Assembly: GCA_038228545.1 (NCBI GenBank)
Contig: JBBRPE010000001.1
Coordinates: 110,924 to 174,923 of the forward strand
DNA: 64,000 bases
Direction: 5' to 3'
Source of the DNA: Minisyncoccia bacterium
Lineage (GTDB): Bacteria; Patescibacteriota; Minisyncoccia; Phycocordibacterales; Phycocordibacteraceae
A program made the translations under genes and the position numbers. Below the pieces are notes generated by a model. It ran no database searches, had not been told where the DNA came from, and was given only the letters and a program-made list of their open reading frames with translations. Below are positions 54,358-64,000 of this stretch, piece after piece (position 1 is the first letter of the stretch; the number at the start of each line of letters is the position of its first letter).

Positions 54358-54858
54358 CTAAAACTTAGAAAGTCTGCGCATGTGTCGCGGTGACGCCGCA
54401 TCAAACGCGGTACTGAGGAAAATACGCACGGCTTCGTCTGCATCATCAGGTGAGACAAACCGAGCACCGATAGAGAGCACGTTCGCATTATTGTGCTTAC
54501 GAGAAAGTCGTATGACATCAAATCCATCTTCGGAATGTCCTCCTTCGACATCAAGAGCGTCGAGTGCCGGCTCTTTACCGTAAAAAACCGCCGCACGAAT
54601 GGCCGGAACTCGGTTCGCGCACATTGCCTCGCCCTGCCCGCTTCCGGCAACGATAATACCGAAGGCATCCTCCGATGCGATTTTGTGAGCAAAGGGCGTT
54701 ACGTAATCCGGATAATCGTCTTCGGGATCAAGCGTAGCTGGGCCAAGGTCTTCCACTTCATAGCCAAGTACTTGTAGATGGTCAAACAATGCAGTTTTAA
54801 GTCTGAAGCCAGCATGGTCGCCCGTAAGATATATTTTCATATTTTGAGTATCAGCCAC
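54358..54858 (-). CDS. rpiB: ribose-5-phosphate isomerase B family
   Basis: DHAGFRLK, DYPDY, GSGQGEAMCANRV, HNNANVL, RHMRRL. Confidence 0.9.
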   Translation of the reverse strand: MADTQNMKIYLTGDHAGFRLKTALFDHLQVLGYEVEDLGPATLDPEDDYPDYVTPFAHKIASEDAFGIIVAGSGQGEAMCANRVPAIRAAVFYGKEPALDALDVEGGHSEDGFDVIRLSRKHNNANVLSIGARFVSPDDADEAVRIFLSTAFDAASPRHMRRLSKF

Positions 54859-54883
54859 ACCAGATGTAGTTCAGGTGAAGTAA

Positions 54884-55393
54884 TTATGGATTTGAATAAC
54901 AGCCCGGGTCAGTCCATCCAGCACTGTTGCTATCAGTAATGCTATATTTTCCGCCACTTCCGTAACATAGCCAACGCGCGCTACCCGCCAAGGCGCTGGC
55001 ATACGGCAGATATGCCATGATGGTGAACTTATCAGGCGAGTCAGGATTCGTTGCGGCAAACCAGACACAGTTTCCACCACATGTAGCACCAGCAGCTTTC
55101 ACGAGTGCAGTACAAATACTCGCAGCTTGCGTAGCGTAGTTTCCTCCGAAGCCGCTGCAACTCTGGCCGGCAGTGAGCCATGATCCGCCAGCACCCGATT
55201 TAATCACAGCGTACGAGCCCACATCCGAGTACTGCAATTGCATGATATTTCTGAACTGTTCGGCTTCAGAGCGGACGGTAGCGTCTGCCGCCTTCGCACG
55301 CGTAGTGTTCAGGCTTGCAAGGGCAACGGATGCAATAACACCGATAATAGCGATAACGACGAGAAGTTCGATAAGGGTAAACCCGCGTTGCAT
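54884..55393 (-). CDS. type IV pilin-like protein
   Basis: RG|FTLIELLVVIAIIG; paralog of 53811-54329. Confidence 0.9.
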   Translation of the reverse strand: MQRGFTLIELLVVIAIIGVIASVALASLNTTRAKAADATVRSEAEQFRNIMQLQYSDVGSYAVIKSGAGGSWLTAGQSCSGFGGNYATQAASICTALVKAAGATCGGNCVWFAATNPDSPDKFTIMAYLPYASALAGSARWLCYGSGGKYSITDSNSAGWTDPGCYSNP

Positions 55394-55396
55394 ACC

Positions 55397-55663
55397 CTAG
55401 TTTGTTGGTCTATTCATAGTCTGGAATTGCTGTTGCTGAAATCGTGTCGGTCCAACTGGTTTGCGAGAATTTATAACCATCGCCGTAGCAATGGCAGCGA
55501 ACGAGAAAATGATAACCACAAGCAGGACATAGTTTGCCTGAAACGGACTTTTTACCGCTTTCACACGAATAAGCCACTCAATGAGACTTTCCTCCTTGGC
55601 ACGGACGAACGTCCGTCGCACCGGGACTTCTTCTTCTTCAAATTCGACTCCGTTTACTTCCAT
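55397..55663 (-). CDS. small membrane protein
   Basis: One TM helix; tightly packed between gap and the pilin. Confidence 0.7.
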   Translation of the reverse strand: MEVNGVEFEEEEVPVRRTFVRAKEESLIEWLIRVKAVKSPFQANYVLLVVIIFSFAAIATAMVINSRKPVGPTRFQQQQFQTMNRPTN

Positions 55664-55668
55664 AGGGT

Positions 55669-56682
55669 TTAGAGGTTACCAGCCTTTATGACGTGTTCGA
55701 CTAAGGTGTGGGTGTACCCTGCTTCGTTGTCATACCACGCGAGTACTTTCACCAGATTGCCATCAACAACGCGCGTCATACCAAGGTCAGCGATAGATGC
55801 GAAGCGCTCGCCGATAATGTCACTCGACACAAGTTCCTCATCCGTCGTCTTGAAGATTCCAGCCCAGCGCGCATCCGTCCCTGCCGTGCGCAGAATGTCG
55901 TTCACTTCGTCCACAGTTGTTGGTCGCTTCGCAATAAACGTAATGTCTGCAATGGAGCCTGCGGGCACCGGCACTCGAAGACTGATGCCGTCAAACTTTC
56001 CAGCAAGAGCCGGATACGCCTTCGTGACCGCAATCGCGGCACCGGTCGACGTGGGTACAATATTCTGTGCCGCTGCCCTTCCTTCTTTCATATCCTTTTT
56101 GGACGGTCCGTCGACAATGGACTGACTCGCTGTGTACGCGTGCGTAGTGGAGAGAATAGCTTTCTCAATACCGAGAGCTTCATCAAGTATCGCAATGACA
56201 GGACTCGCGGAGTTCGTTGTGCACGATGCATTACTCGTAATCGGGCATGTGCCGAGTTTGCTCTCGTCGAGCCCCATGAGCACGGTCGCGCCGAGTGGGT
56301 TCTCTTCCTTTACTGGGCCCGTGATGACGACATGACGTGCGCCGGCAGTAACGTGCGCATGTGCCTTTTCGTAGTCCGTAAAGAATCCCGTTGCTTCAAC
56401 CACAACATCAATGGCAAGGTCTTTCCATGGGAGAAGTAGAGGGTCCTTTTCAGAAAGAAAAGTTACGGGCTTTCCGTTAATCACCAGCTTTCCGTCCACT
56501 GCTTCAACAGGAAATGGGGCATGGCCGTAGACCGTGTCGTGTGAGAGCAAATAAGCAAAGTCCTCAAGCGAACCGAGGTCATTTATGGCTACAAGTTCCA
56601 CTTCCGGCCTATCAAACGTTTGACGCACGAACGCTCGTCCTATCCTTCCAAATCCATTAATGGCGACACGTACTGGTTTCAT
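55669..56682 (-). CDS. gap: glyceraldehyde-3-phosphate dehydrogenase type I
   Basis: INGFGRIGR, NASCTTN, PTSTGAA, WYDNE. Confidence 0.96.
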   Translation of the reverse strand: MKPVRVAINGFGRIGRAFVRQTFDRPEVELVAINDLGSLEDFAYLLSHDTVYGHAPFPVEAVDGKLVINGKPVTFLSEKDPLLLPWKDLAIDVVVEATGFFTDYEKAHAHVTAGARHVVITGPVKEENPLGATVLMGLDESKLGTCPITSNASCTTNSASPVIAILDEALGIEKAILSTTHAYTASQSIVDGPSKKDMKEGRAAAQNIVPTSTGAAIAVTKAYPALAGKFDGISLRVPVPAGSIADITFIAKRPTTVDEVNDILRTAGTDARWAGIFKTTDEELVSSDIIGERFASIADLGMTRVVDGNLVKVLAWYDNEAGYTHTLVEHVIKAGNL

Positions 56683-56767
56683 AGATAGATTTCGTATATA
56701 GGTGTTTGTCCGTACAGTGTAGCATCGTCAATTTCCGCTTTCCCCATCTATATATAGGTATGATTTC

Positions 56768-57355
56768 TTAAAATATGAGGAATTTCCAGCTTGAAATAAC
56801 GGGGTCGAGCCAGGAATCGAGCGCTTTAAGGGTCGTGATTTCATAGAGATAGCCATCATGCACAAACCACACTTCTCGTGTATCACCCAGAGCCTGATTG
56901 GTGCTGTAAAAACTTGAAGCAACAGCACTATCGACCGTACGGTCAGTTGCATTCAAACGCACACCTGATGGTTCATCTTTTTTAAAACGTGCAGCGGATA
57001 CTTGAGCGTCCGTATACGGAACGATGAATATTTGAAATCCCTCTATCGATTTGAGATTCTGAAAGGTGATGGTACGTGCCCCGCCACCCTCGTCACGTTC
57101 TGACACACTCAATGCTTCGGGATAGAAAAGTGAGAAGTGATACGGAATGCTTCGGTACTCCTTCATGCCTGCTGGCGGTGTTCTTGGTGCTGGTGGTAGC
57201 GACGGTTTCGCTGGGCCAGAACTAAACACTCCGGTACTCGGTGTCATAGGAACGTCCCATGCTCCAAACTTTTTATGCTGTGTTACGACAACGATGATAA
57301 GTACAAGACACACAAGTGCTATGGCGACTCCGGTAAGTAAGGTACTTCGCTTCAT
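56768..57355 (-). CDS. membrane-anchored PsbP-like protein (paralog of 27892-28455)
   Basis: N-terminal TM; YRSIPYHFSLFYP, FQIFIVPY, LGDTREVWF, LYEITT, WKF. Confidence 0.8.
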   Translation of the reverse strand: MKRSTLLTGVAIALVCLVLIIVVVTQHKKFGAWDVPMTPSTGVFSSGPAKPSLPPAPRTPPAGMKEYRSIPYHFSLFYPEALSVSERDEGGGARTITFQNLKSIEGFQIFIVPYTDAQVSAARFKKDEPSGVRLNATDRTVDSAVASSFYSTNQALGDTREVWFVHDGYLYEITTLKALDSWLDPVISSWKFLIF

Positions 57356-57359
57356 AGCA

Positions 57360-59531
57360 TTACTGCTGTCTGAGAATCAGGCGACCACTCACGAGTTTGA
57401 GCCGGAATCCTTCAAAGAGGCGCATATTGCGGGAGGTTGAACCTCCACCCGAGGAACTTTCTGCTCCTATGGTGTAGAAGGTCGATGGCGAGCTGTAATT
57501 GTTGTATTCGGTTGCTATGTAATCAGACGAGCGAGCACTACTCGAAATACGTATTTCATCAAGACCTCCACTATAGGCACTCGAGTTACCGGCGTTCGTT
57601 ACTTCTGAATTACCAAATGAGTAATACGCGAGCGGTCCGGGTGTAGGAGATTGTTTCGTGACGGTACTTGGAGAACTGGCGACCCCGTTCATGAAACCGA
57701 TAAGCTGTGTACCAGACACGTTGTAACGCATCACTACTTGGTACCAGCCACTAGCGTACACAATACCTGAGCCGGCCGTCACACACGAAAGTGACCCTAT
57801 CCAAATGCATGCCTTCACGGTGTTGTTCGTCTCGACTTCTATCTGGTTATCATGCCAGCCTCCGCCTGGAGCGACCTGACCGAGCTCGTCGAACACGCCG
57901 CCGCCGGCCGAGTTCGGCTTTATCCATGCTTCGAGCGTTATGCTCGATGGTTCAGTGAATCCGGGCGTTTCGAGATACTGTGTGGTTCCATTCATGCTCG
58001 CTCCGCCGCCAAAAAGGCCGGTAATCGCAGTAACACTGTTGTTGTTACTCGCGGCGTTTCCATTGGTCGTTGAGTCGTTGGTCGTGAGCGACGAACCGTT
58101 TGGAAGGTGGTACACCGCCACGTAGTTACTATCCCAGACATCCGTCGGATTTGATGGGTCAAAGGTAATCGAGCTGTTGCCGTAGCACATATAAAAAACG
58201 GAGTCAGTGGTAGCCGAGACTGTCGGTACTTTCACCCAGTAATTTACGACTCCTGTGGAGGCTGAGTACGATTCCACCTCCCAGGACATGAGACCCGTAC
58301 AGTTGCTACTCGTATAAAAATTAATATCGTAGCCGGAACTACTCTGCGCCTTACCTCCATTACCCGTAGAGCGAAGATCGGCAATACCGCCAGAGCCGTT
58401 ATACGTCCCGCTAACGAGCACCGGAAAATTCGTCTGGTCGGTGTTTGGAACTTTGGTGTGATCTATCGTGATAGCTCGCGAGTAGTTATAGGTACCGCTT
58501 ACGGTAAGTGGTGTATAAGTTATGATAATAAGTCCCTGTCCCCCAACACCGCCTGCAGGGAATGCTGACGTACCTCCACCACCACCACCACCACCACCAC
58601 CATACGTTCCTCCCGCACCACCAACGCCACCACCTGCGCCTGAGGAGCCGGACCCGCCGGCACCTCCTCCGCCTGCCCCGTGTGTAGCGTCCCATTCCTT
58701 ACCGGCACCACCGGCACCACCTGCTCCCGTACTCACGGCGCTTCCTCCTCCTCCTCCACCACCTGCGCCACCCGCTCCCGTACCCGCAGTACCTGCGTTT
58801 CCTGCCGCTCCCCCAGATGCACCTCCCGTACCACCGGTCGTACCATCTGAACCGGAACCCCCGGTACCTCCTACGCCAGCACTCGGCGAAGCTCCTGCAG
58901 TAGATGAACCTCCGTCCGCGCCTCCACCACCACCACCACCGCCACCAGCAACGGCATCACCGCCGTTCTTACCAGCTCCGCTTGGTCCTGCTGCACCACC
59001 GCCACCCATACTCGCTCGAAAGTTTCCTACACCGTTACCGCCACCAGCTCCCCCACTGAATTTTGTCGTACCAACACCAGATCCTGATGCACCGCCAGTG
59101 GCACCTGTTATTGGCGTTGTCGCTGGATTAGGCGCCACACCACCAGAACCTCCTTTTGCTCCGACGGAAGAAGCACCCAGACTTGCACCATTGAAGTACG
59201 TATCGCCGCCAGCAGTACCTACGGCCCCTGCCGCACCAACGCTATAGGTAACCGTGCCGGAAAGAGAAAGATTACTTACTTTGGAATAAGCACCACCACC
59301 ACCACCGCCTGTTCCCGCTCCATTAATTGTCGTAGCGCCACCGCCACCGATTACCTCAACCGAATTCGAGGAACTGTTCCAGTTTCCTGGCACCGTCCAA
59401 CTTGATCCTGCCGTGAGATAAATGGTTGTTACTGCCGCATGAGCAACCGGAAGTGGCGAAACGGAAAATACGAGAGCAATGATGAGCACCAGGCTCATCA
59501 TTCGTACTCCGGTAGATAGATAGCGACTCAT
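57360..59531 (-). CDS. secreted protein: glycine-rich domain + DUF2341-like + LamG/ConA-like domain, basic C-terminal tag
   Basis: Signal peptide; GGGGG...GGQGLIIITY; TNFPVLV, WVKVP, YMCYGN; LDEIRIS; ends GGGSTSRNMRLFEGFRLKLVSGRLILRQQ. Confidence 0.85.
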   Translation of the reverse strand: MSRYLSTGVRMMSLVLIIALVFSVSPLPVAHAAVTTIYLTAGSSWTVPGNWNSSSNSVEVIGGGGATTINGAGTGGGGGGAYSKVSNLSLSGTVTYSVGAAGAVGTAGGDTYFNGASLGASSVGAKGGSGGVAPNPATTPITGATGGASGSGVGTTKFSGGAGGGNGVGNFRASMGGGGAAGPSGAGKNGGDAVAGGGGGGGGGADGGSSTAGASPSAGVGGTGGSGSDGTTGGTGGASGGAAGNAGTAGTGAGGAGGGGGGGSAVSTGAGGAGGAGKEWDATHGAGGGGAGGSGSSGAGGGVGGAGGTYGGGGGGGGGGTSAFPAGGVGGQGLIIITYTPLTVSGTYNYSRAITIDHTKVPNTDQTNFPVLVSGTYNGSGGIADLRSTGNGGKAQSSSGYDINFYTSSNCTGLMSWEVESYSASTGVVNYWVKVPTVSATTDSVFYMCYGNSSITFDPSNPTDVWDSNYVAVYHLPNGSSLTTNDSTTNGNAASNNNSVTAITGLFGGGASMNGTTQYLETPGFTEPSSITLEAWIKPNSAGGGVFDELGQVAPGGGWHDNQIEVETNNTVKACIWIGSLSCVTAGSGIVYASGWYQVVMRYNVSGTQLIGFMNGVASSPSTVTKQSPTPGPLAYYSFGNSEVTNAGNSSAYSGGLDEIRISSSARSSDYIATEYNNYSSPSTFYTIGAESSSGGGSTSRNMRLFEGFRLKLVSGRLILRQQ

Positions 59532-59554
59532 GGTCTTATGTTACTCTATCGCCG

Positions 59555-62500
59555 TTATGCCCCCGTCACCGGTGCTCCTGCGTTTGCAGTCGTTCCCCCG
59601 TCAGAAGGAGGAGTATCGACAACGGACGTTACTGCGATGGCCGTGACAGCGACACTCCTGGTGACCATCGTGCTGTTCCCTGCCGCGTCAGTCACGGTGT
59701 AGGAAATGGTGTAGGAACCGACAGTAGCAGTGTCGACCGTCCCGGTGGTCTGAATGTGAGAGGTAATGTCACCATCTATATTGTCAGAGGCCGTCGCTCC
59801 CTGCTCGGTGTAGATCGAGCCCTGGGTCACCGTCATCGACGCCATACCGTTAAGCGTGATTGTCGGTGCAACTGTATCGCCAGTTGGAGTAGTGGTTCCT
59901 GTCGTTGGTGCTGGTGTCGGAGCTGGAACAGGTGTTGGTGTAGGAGTTGGAGTTGGAGTTGGAGTCGGCGGCGTCTGACTCTGATTGAAACCGGTCGTTA
60001 CAGCTGCTGGAAGATTCTGGGTTTGCACGATGAAGTAGTCAAATGGCGTATCAGTAGCTTGACCCTGAGAGAGCGTCACGGTGAACTTCCCTTCTATCTT
60101 GCTTGAGATGTACCACGAGCCTGCTACCGGTCCATTGAAGGTGACGAAGACCTTGCTTGATGCGTGCGCAAGTGGGCTGATAACGTCCACCGTCGTTGTG
60201 CCGGTTGCAAGAACACCGTTGCCCGCTGAAGACGAGCCGTCGGTCGCGGTCGTTGCAATGAACTGGTGCGCAGCAAGCGTATCGAACTGTGCGAAGCCGT
60301 TCGAAATGATGACGCCGAGGTCGGCGAGGGCGGAAACGAGCGTCTGTGTTGAGAAGAGAGAAGTAGTAGTTGATGTTGCGTTCTGGGCCGCCGCGAGCTG
60401 AGCAAGTGTTTCTTCGATAGAGGTGACGCGGATGGTAAGCGCGTCTACACGCGCGTTTACGTCGGCAAGTCCGGCAAGCGTGAAGGTTGCAAGCTTGAGT
60501 ATGTCTACGCCAGTTCCATCTGCAGAAAGTACAGAGCTTGCGCTATTACCCGCAAGGACGAGATTGCCGAACTGTGCGGAGAAGTTCGAGCCCGCGCTTT
60601 TTGCAACAAAGGAATTTGCTTCGACATTTCCGTTAATCGTGAGATTGGTGGTGGTGGCACTACCGATTCCGACGCCAACATTACCGTTATCGTCCACCGT
60701 AATTGCGGCAACAGCTGTGCCCTTGTATGTCGATTTAACCGTTGACGTTCCGGTAAGTGCGCCTGAGATATTTACTGCGCCATTGAACTGCTTCATTGCA
60801 GAAACAATGTAGGGAGTGAAGTTGGCGTAATTGAGCTGAAGCTTGCCATTCATGTCCGTCGTTACGAGGTCAGGGAATACCTTCTGAACGTCCTGGGCAA
60901 TAAAGCCGGTGTGTACCGGGTCACCGTCTGCTTCAGCATTCCAGTTGTACGTGACTGCATCGAGCGATAGTACGGAAGTGAGGTCTGGTGCAAGTGTCGC
61001 TATGTTCTTTTTGAGCGTACGGTCGGACGAACAACCGATACCGGCGTTGGTGATGGTACACACGCCACCCGCGTTGCCGAAGGTCGCGATACCGGCACCA
61101 GTTGCGATGGTCGCATTACCGACAACGAGCATGGTAGATGTCGCCGTAGTCGTAGTGCCGATACCGACACGACCGTTAGCATTAGCGCTACCAATGAAGA
61201 ACGATGGTGTCGTACTGCCGGCAGCTCCGATGTAGACCGCGGAGGTGGTCGAAGCAATAGACACAGAGAACGTACCCGCAGGTGTCGTTGTGCCGATACC
61301 GATATTTCCGCCAGACGCATTCAAGGTAATATTTCGAGCGGCAGTACCTTGCTGGATAGCCTGTATATCGACGCGGTTGTTTGTGTTATCCAGAGTAATC
61401 GTAAACTCTTTGCGTGAGCTACCGTTTACCGAGTCCGCCAAACGGAAACTGCCGTTACCGCTTGTGGTAATGACGTTCAGGGTAGCTGATCCGCCTTCTA
61501 CGTCCAAGACTGATGCGGGGGTAGTAGTACCAATACCTACGCTACCGGTGTTGAGCACCGTTAAGAGTGTCGATGTTGCACTCGCAGTTGAGGAACCGAT
61601 GGCGAAGAGAGTTGTGTTAGTGGAGCCGTTGTTTGCCTGTATGGACAGAAGAGCAAATGGCGATGTGGAAGCGATACCGACTGTACCGGTCGTCGGCAGT
61701 GAGTAGCTTGACGCGGAGGAAGTTGCCACAAGCGTACCGTAAATAAGGTTACCGATGTTGAGCTGATTGTTTCCAGTTGCGCTTGGGAAAAGCGTATTGA
61801 AACCAATGCCGATGTTGTTAGCACCGGTGGTGATATACCCAGTACCGCTAGTGTTTAACTGAACACCAAGGAAAATATTGTTGTAACCGCTCGTATTGTT
61901 GTAACCCGACTGATGACCAATAAAGGTGTTGTAGTGCGAGCCGGTTCCATTATTGTAGCCGGAAGCGTAACCGATATAGGTACTGCCAATAGTTAACTGA
62001 GTAAAATTACCTAAACCGGCGTTGGTACCTATAGCCACAGTGCTCGAGGCGGCAGCATTTCCAAGGGCCTGATATCCGACAGCGACGTTACCCGAGTTGC
62101 CGAGTACGCCTCCAAGTGAGGCGCTACCGATAGCGACGTTAAAGCTTCCGGCAGTAAGGTTAGTTGCCGCAGATGCACCAATACCGACGTTATTCTTACC
62201 GGAAGTGATGGCTGGGAAAGCATTCATGCCTATGGCAGTGTTTTGGCTACCACTCGTGGTGAGAGCAAGCGCGTTGAGACCGAGACTTACATTGCTTCCC
62301 GTCGAGGAAGCGGTAACGAATGTCGCGCCTCCGAACGTGAAGAGTGTAGACGTAGCGGCATTAAGGTTGGTATTTATCGTGCCCGTGTTACTGACGCTAA
62401 AGAGTGTCGTCGTTGCGCTCGCTGTGGAGGAACCAATGGCGAAGAGCGTCTTGTTGGTATCGACCGCATTCGCCTGGATAGAGAACTTCGCATACGGAGA

Positions 62501-64000
62501 GGTGGAGCCTACACCGACATTACCACCGTTCGCCACGCGGAAGCGTTCAACACCGTTTGTACCAATACCAATGTAGTTAGAAGCACCACTCACATCGAGG
62601 TAGGCGTACGGGATACCATATCCAGCTGTAGCGATGTACTGACCGACGTTCAGTGACCCGTTGACATCAAGTCCGTTTTCAAAGATCGAGTTACCGAAGA
62701 CATCAAGAGCTTTTCCTGCCGCAGGAGCAGCCGTACCAATACCAACCTGACCGCTACCGGTAACAACAAAGTGCGTTGCTGAAGTGGAACCGATTATAAA
62801 CTCAGGTATACCTGAGCCAATACCATCTGGATTTACAGAGAGAAGTCCTGCTGGTGTTGAAGTTCCAATACCAATTCTTCCGTCAGCGGTAATAATCATC
62901 CGAGGGAACAATATTCCTCCAAAGTTGCCTGTCTGGAAGTTAAGCTGACCACCATTCGATTCTAATGTCGCACCAAAGCTTGCCCAGAAGTTCTCAGCGC
63001 CTGCAACCCTTCCACGGAAGGAGAAATCACCAAGAGTGTCACCATTATTCACATCAGCTGGAGCATCCAAAGTTCCACGTGTTCGCATAAAGTCGATGTC
63101 AGGACCACAACCTGCACATACCGTCGACGCTCGACGGAATTCGTTAAGACCTCCCAAAGTCGTCTGTATGACAGCGCCCGACGCAGCGTTACGTACAACG
63201 AAGTTGCCGTTCGGAGTTGCGGTGTTGATTCCTACGTTCCCTGCACCCGTCACTATGAGGTGAGTCGCAGTTGAGGAACCGATGACAAATTCAGGTACGC
63301 CGGAACCGAGGGCATTCGGATTCACTGAAAGCTGACCCCACGGTGTTGTGGTGCCGATACCGACGAAGCCACCGGATGCGATGATCACCTGACTCGTGCC
63401 GTTATTTTCGCGGAAGTTAATAGCAGCACCCGTCGGGCGGTTCAGATACAGATCTTTGTCGACTCCCTGCGAGCTCAAGATGTTGTAATTACCCGTTGCG
63501 ACCGAACCGTTCAAACTGATTGCGCCGTAAGCTCCTGAACCTGCCCACTGGCCGATATTCACGGAGCCGGTGCCCGCAGCTCCTCCGACAGCGAGCAGTG
63601 CTGCAGGCGACGTGGTTCCGATACCGACGTTTCCTCCCGAGGGATTAAGGAGGAGATTCGTCGTCGCTACCGCATTCTCATTGGTATATGCCTGGATGAA
63701 GGGGCTGGTAGCACTAAGGGAACCGAGACCGAGTGCTGCACCACCATTACCCTGGAAGATACCAGCGATTGTTGAACCAGTGGTGTTGACGTCAAGTTTG
63801 AAAGCGGGTGAGGTCGTACCGATACCGACGTTAGTACCGGTGTTGTTGTAGATATTTCCACCCAAGCTGGTCCAGAAGTTTGCACCGCCTGTAGAAAGAC
63901 ACGTGCCGTTCACTGCGTAACAGCCTGCGGTAATGTTGAAACCATTCGCTGCAGTGGTGGAACCGGTGTTGTCGATGGAGAAGAGTGTCGTAGTTGCACT
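59555..64000 (-). CDS. giant tail-fiber-like surface protein with GNVGIGTTxP repeats, peptidase S74 chaperone and C-terminal DUF5011-like Ig domain (5' end off window)
   Basis: Frame open to the window edge; SSDRTLKKNI...GFIAQDVQKVFPDLV...LNYANF; DTVAPTITLNG...YSVTDAAGN-like motif. Confidence 0.85.
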   Translation of the reverse strand, partial: SATTTLFSIDNTGSTTAANGFNITAGCYAVNGTCLSTGGANFWTSLGGNIYNNTGTNVGIGTTSPAFKLDVNTTGSTIAGIFQGNGGAALGLGSLSATSPFIQAYTNENAVATTNLLLNPSGGNVGIGTTSPAALLAVGGAAGTGSVNIGQWAGSGAYGAISLNGSVATGNYNILSSQGVDKDLYLNRPTGAAINFRENNGTSQVIIASGGFVGIGTTTPWGQLSVNPNALGSGVPEFVIGSSTATHLIVTGAGNVGINTATPNGNFVVRNAASGAVIQTTLGGLNEFRRASTVCAGCGPDIDFMRTRGTLDAPADVNNGDTLGDFSFRGRVAGAENFWASFGATLESNGGQLNFQTGNFGGILFPRMIITADGRIGIGTSTPAGLLSVNPDGIGSGIPEFIIGSTSATHFVVTGSGQVGIGTAAPAAGKALDVFGNSIFENGLDVNGSLNVGQYIATAGYGIPYAYLDVSGASNYIGIGTNGVERFRVANGGNVGVGSTSPYAKFSIQANAVDTNKTLFAIGSSTASATTTLFSVSNTGTINTNLNAATSTLFTFGGATFVTASSTGSNVSLGLNALALTTSGSQNTAIGMNAFPAITSGKNNVGIGASAATNLTAGSFNVAIGSASLGGVLGNSGNVAVGYQALGNAAASSTVAIGTNAGLGNFTQLTIGSTYIGYASGYNNGTGSHYNTFIGHQSGYNNTSGYNNIFLGVQLNTSGTGYITTGANNIGIGFNTLFPSATGNNQLNIGNLIYGTLVATSSASSYSLPTTGTVGIASTSPFALLSIQANNGSTNTTLFAIGSSTASATSTLLTVLNTGSVGIGTTTPASVLDVEGGSATLNVITTSGNGSFRLADSVNGSSRKEFTITLDNTNNRVDIQAIQQGTAARNITLNASGGNIGIGTTTPAGTFSVSIASTTSAVYIGAAGSTTPSFFIGSANANGRVGIGTTTTATSTMLVVGNATIATGAGIATFGNAGGVCTITNAGIGCSSDRTLKKNIATLAPDLTSVLSLDAVTYNWNAEADGDPVHTGFIAQDVQKVFPDLVTTDMNGKLQLNYANFTPYIVSAMKQFNGAVNISGALTGTSTVKSTYKGTAVAAITVDDNGNVGVGIGSATTTNLTINGNVEANSFVAKSAGSNFSAQFGNLVLAGNSASSVLSADGTGVDILKLATFTLAGLADVNARVDALTIRVTSIEETLAQLAAAQNATSTTTSLFSTQTLVSALADLGVIISNGFAQFDTLAAHQFIATTATDGSSSAGNGVLATGTTTVDVISPLAHASSKVFVTFNGPVAGSWYISSKIEGKFTVTLSQGQATDTPFDYFIVQTQNLPAAVTTGFNQSQTPPTPTPTPTPTPTPVPAPTPAPTTGTTTPTGDTVAPTITLNGMASMTVTQGSIYTEQGATASDNIDGDITSHIQTTGTVDTATVGSYTISYTVTDAAGNSTMVTRSVAVTAIAVTSVVDTPPSDGGTTANAGAPVTGA

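Noticed and set aside
54330-54692. N-terminal 121 aa of the 293-aa ORF
   Set aside because: It overlaps rpiB in another frame; the prepilin motif fixes the start at 54329.
58522-59247. 241-aa Pro-rich ORF and (CCA)n runs
   Set aside because: Antisense shadow of the poly-Gly domain on the minus strand.
59555-64000. Prophage, suggested by the tail-fiber/S74 protein
   Set aside because: No integrase, terminase, capsid or other phage genes; the neighbours are cellular surface and metabolic genes.

Overview
This 64 kb bacterial chromosome segment looks like a Patescibacteria/CPR (Parcubacteria-like) genome. That assignment is inferred from the truncated PheS/PheT, short EF-Ts and SMC, type IV pilins, giant Ig-repeat surface proteins, and promoters abutting start codons with few SD motifs. 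Housekeeping genes: rpsP, rnr, gdhA, smc-like, rnc, nusB-NUDIX, rpmF, rnhB, dnaE, thrS, gyrB, folB, pheT/S, tRNA-Thr(TGT), tsf, rpsB, prfA, rpmE2, rplY and a glycolysis/pentose-phosphate cluster. These are interleaved with cell-surface loci. The most notable observations are: (1) a sortase-linked LPYTG surface protein whose long cytoplasmic tail resembles the DnaX (clamp loader) domain III collar; (2) two unrelated secreted proteins that share a basic C-terminal tag, each followed 3-4 nt later by a paralogous membrane-anchored PsbP-like partner; (3) several unannotated structured non-coding elements: a tandem sRNA pair, a ~330 nt RNA, and three families of covarying rod-like repeats mostly placed right after stop codons; (4) an Lnt-like acyltransferase with two 4-His membrane proteins next to a CARDB/LCCL adhesin. 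No CRISPR array, rRNA, transposase or prophage is evident. All family assignments were made by eye from motifs; no searches were run.
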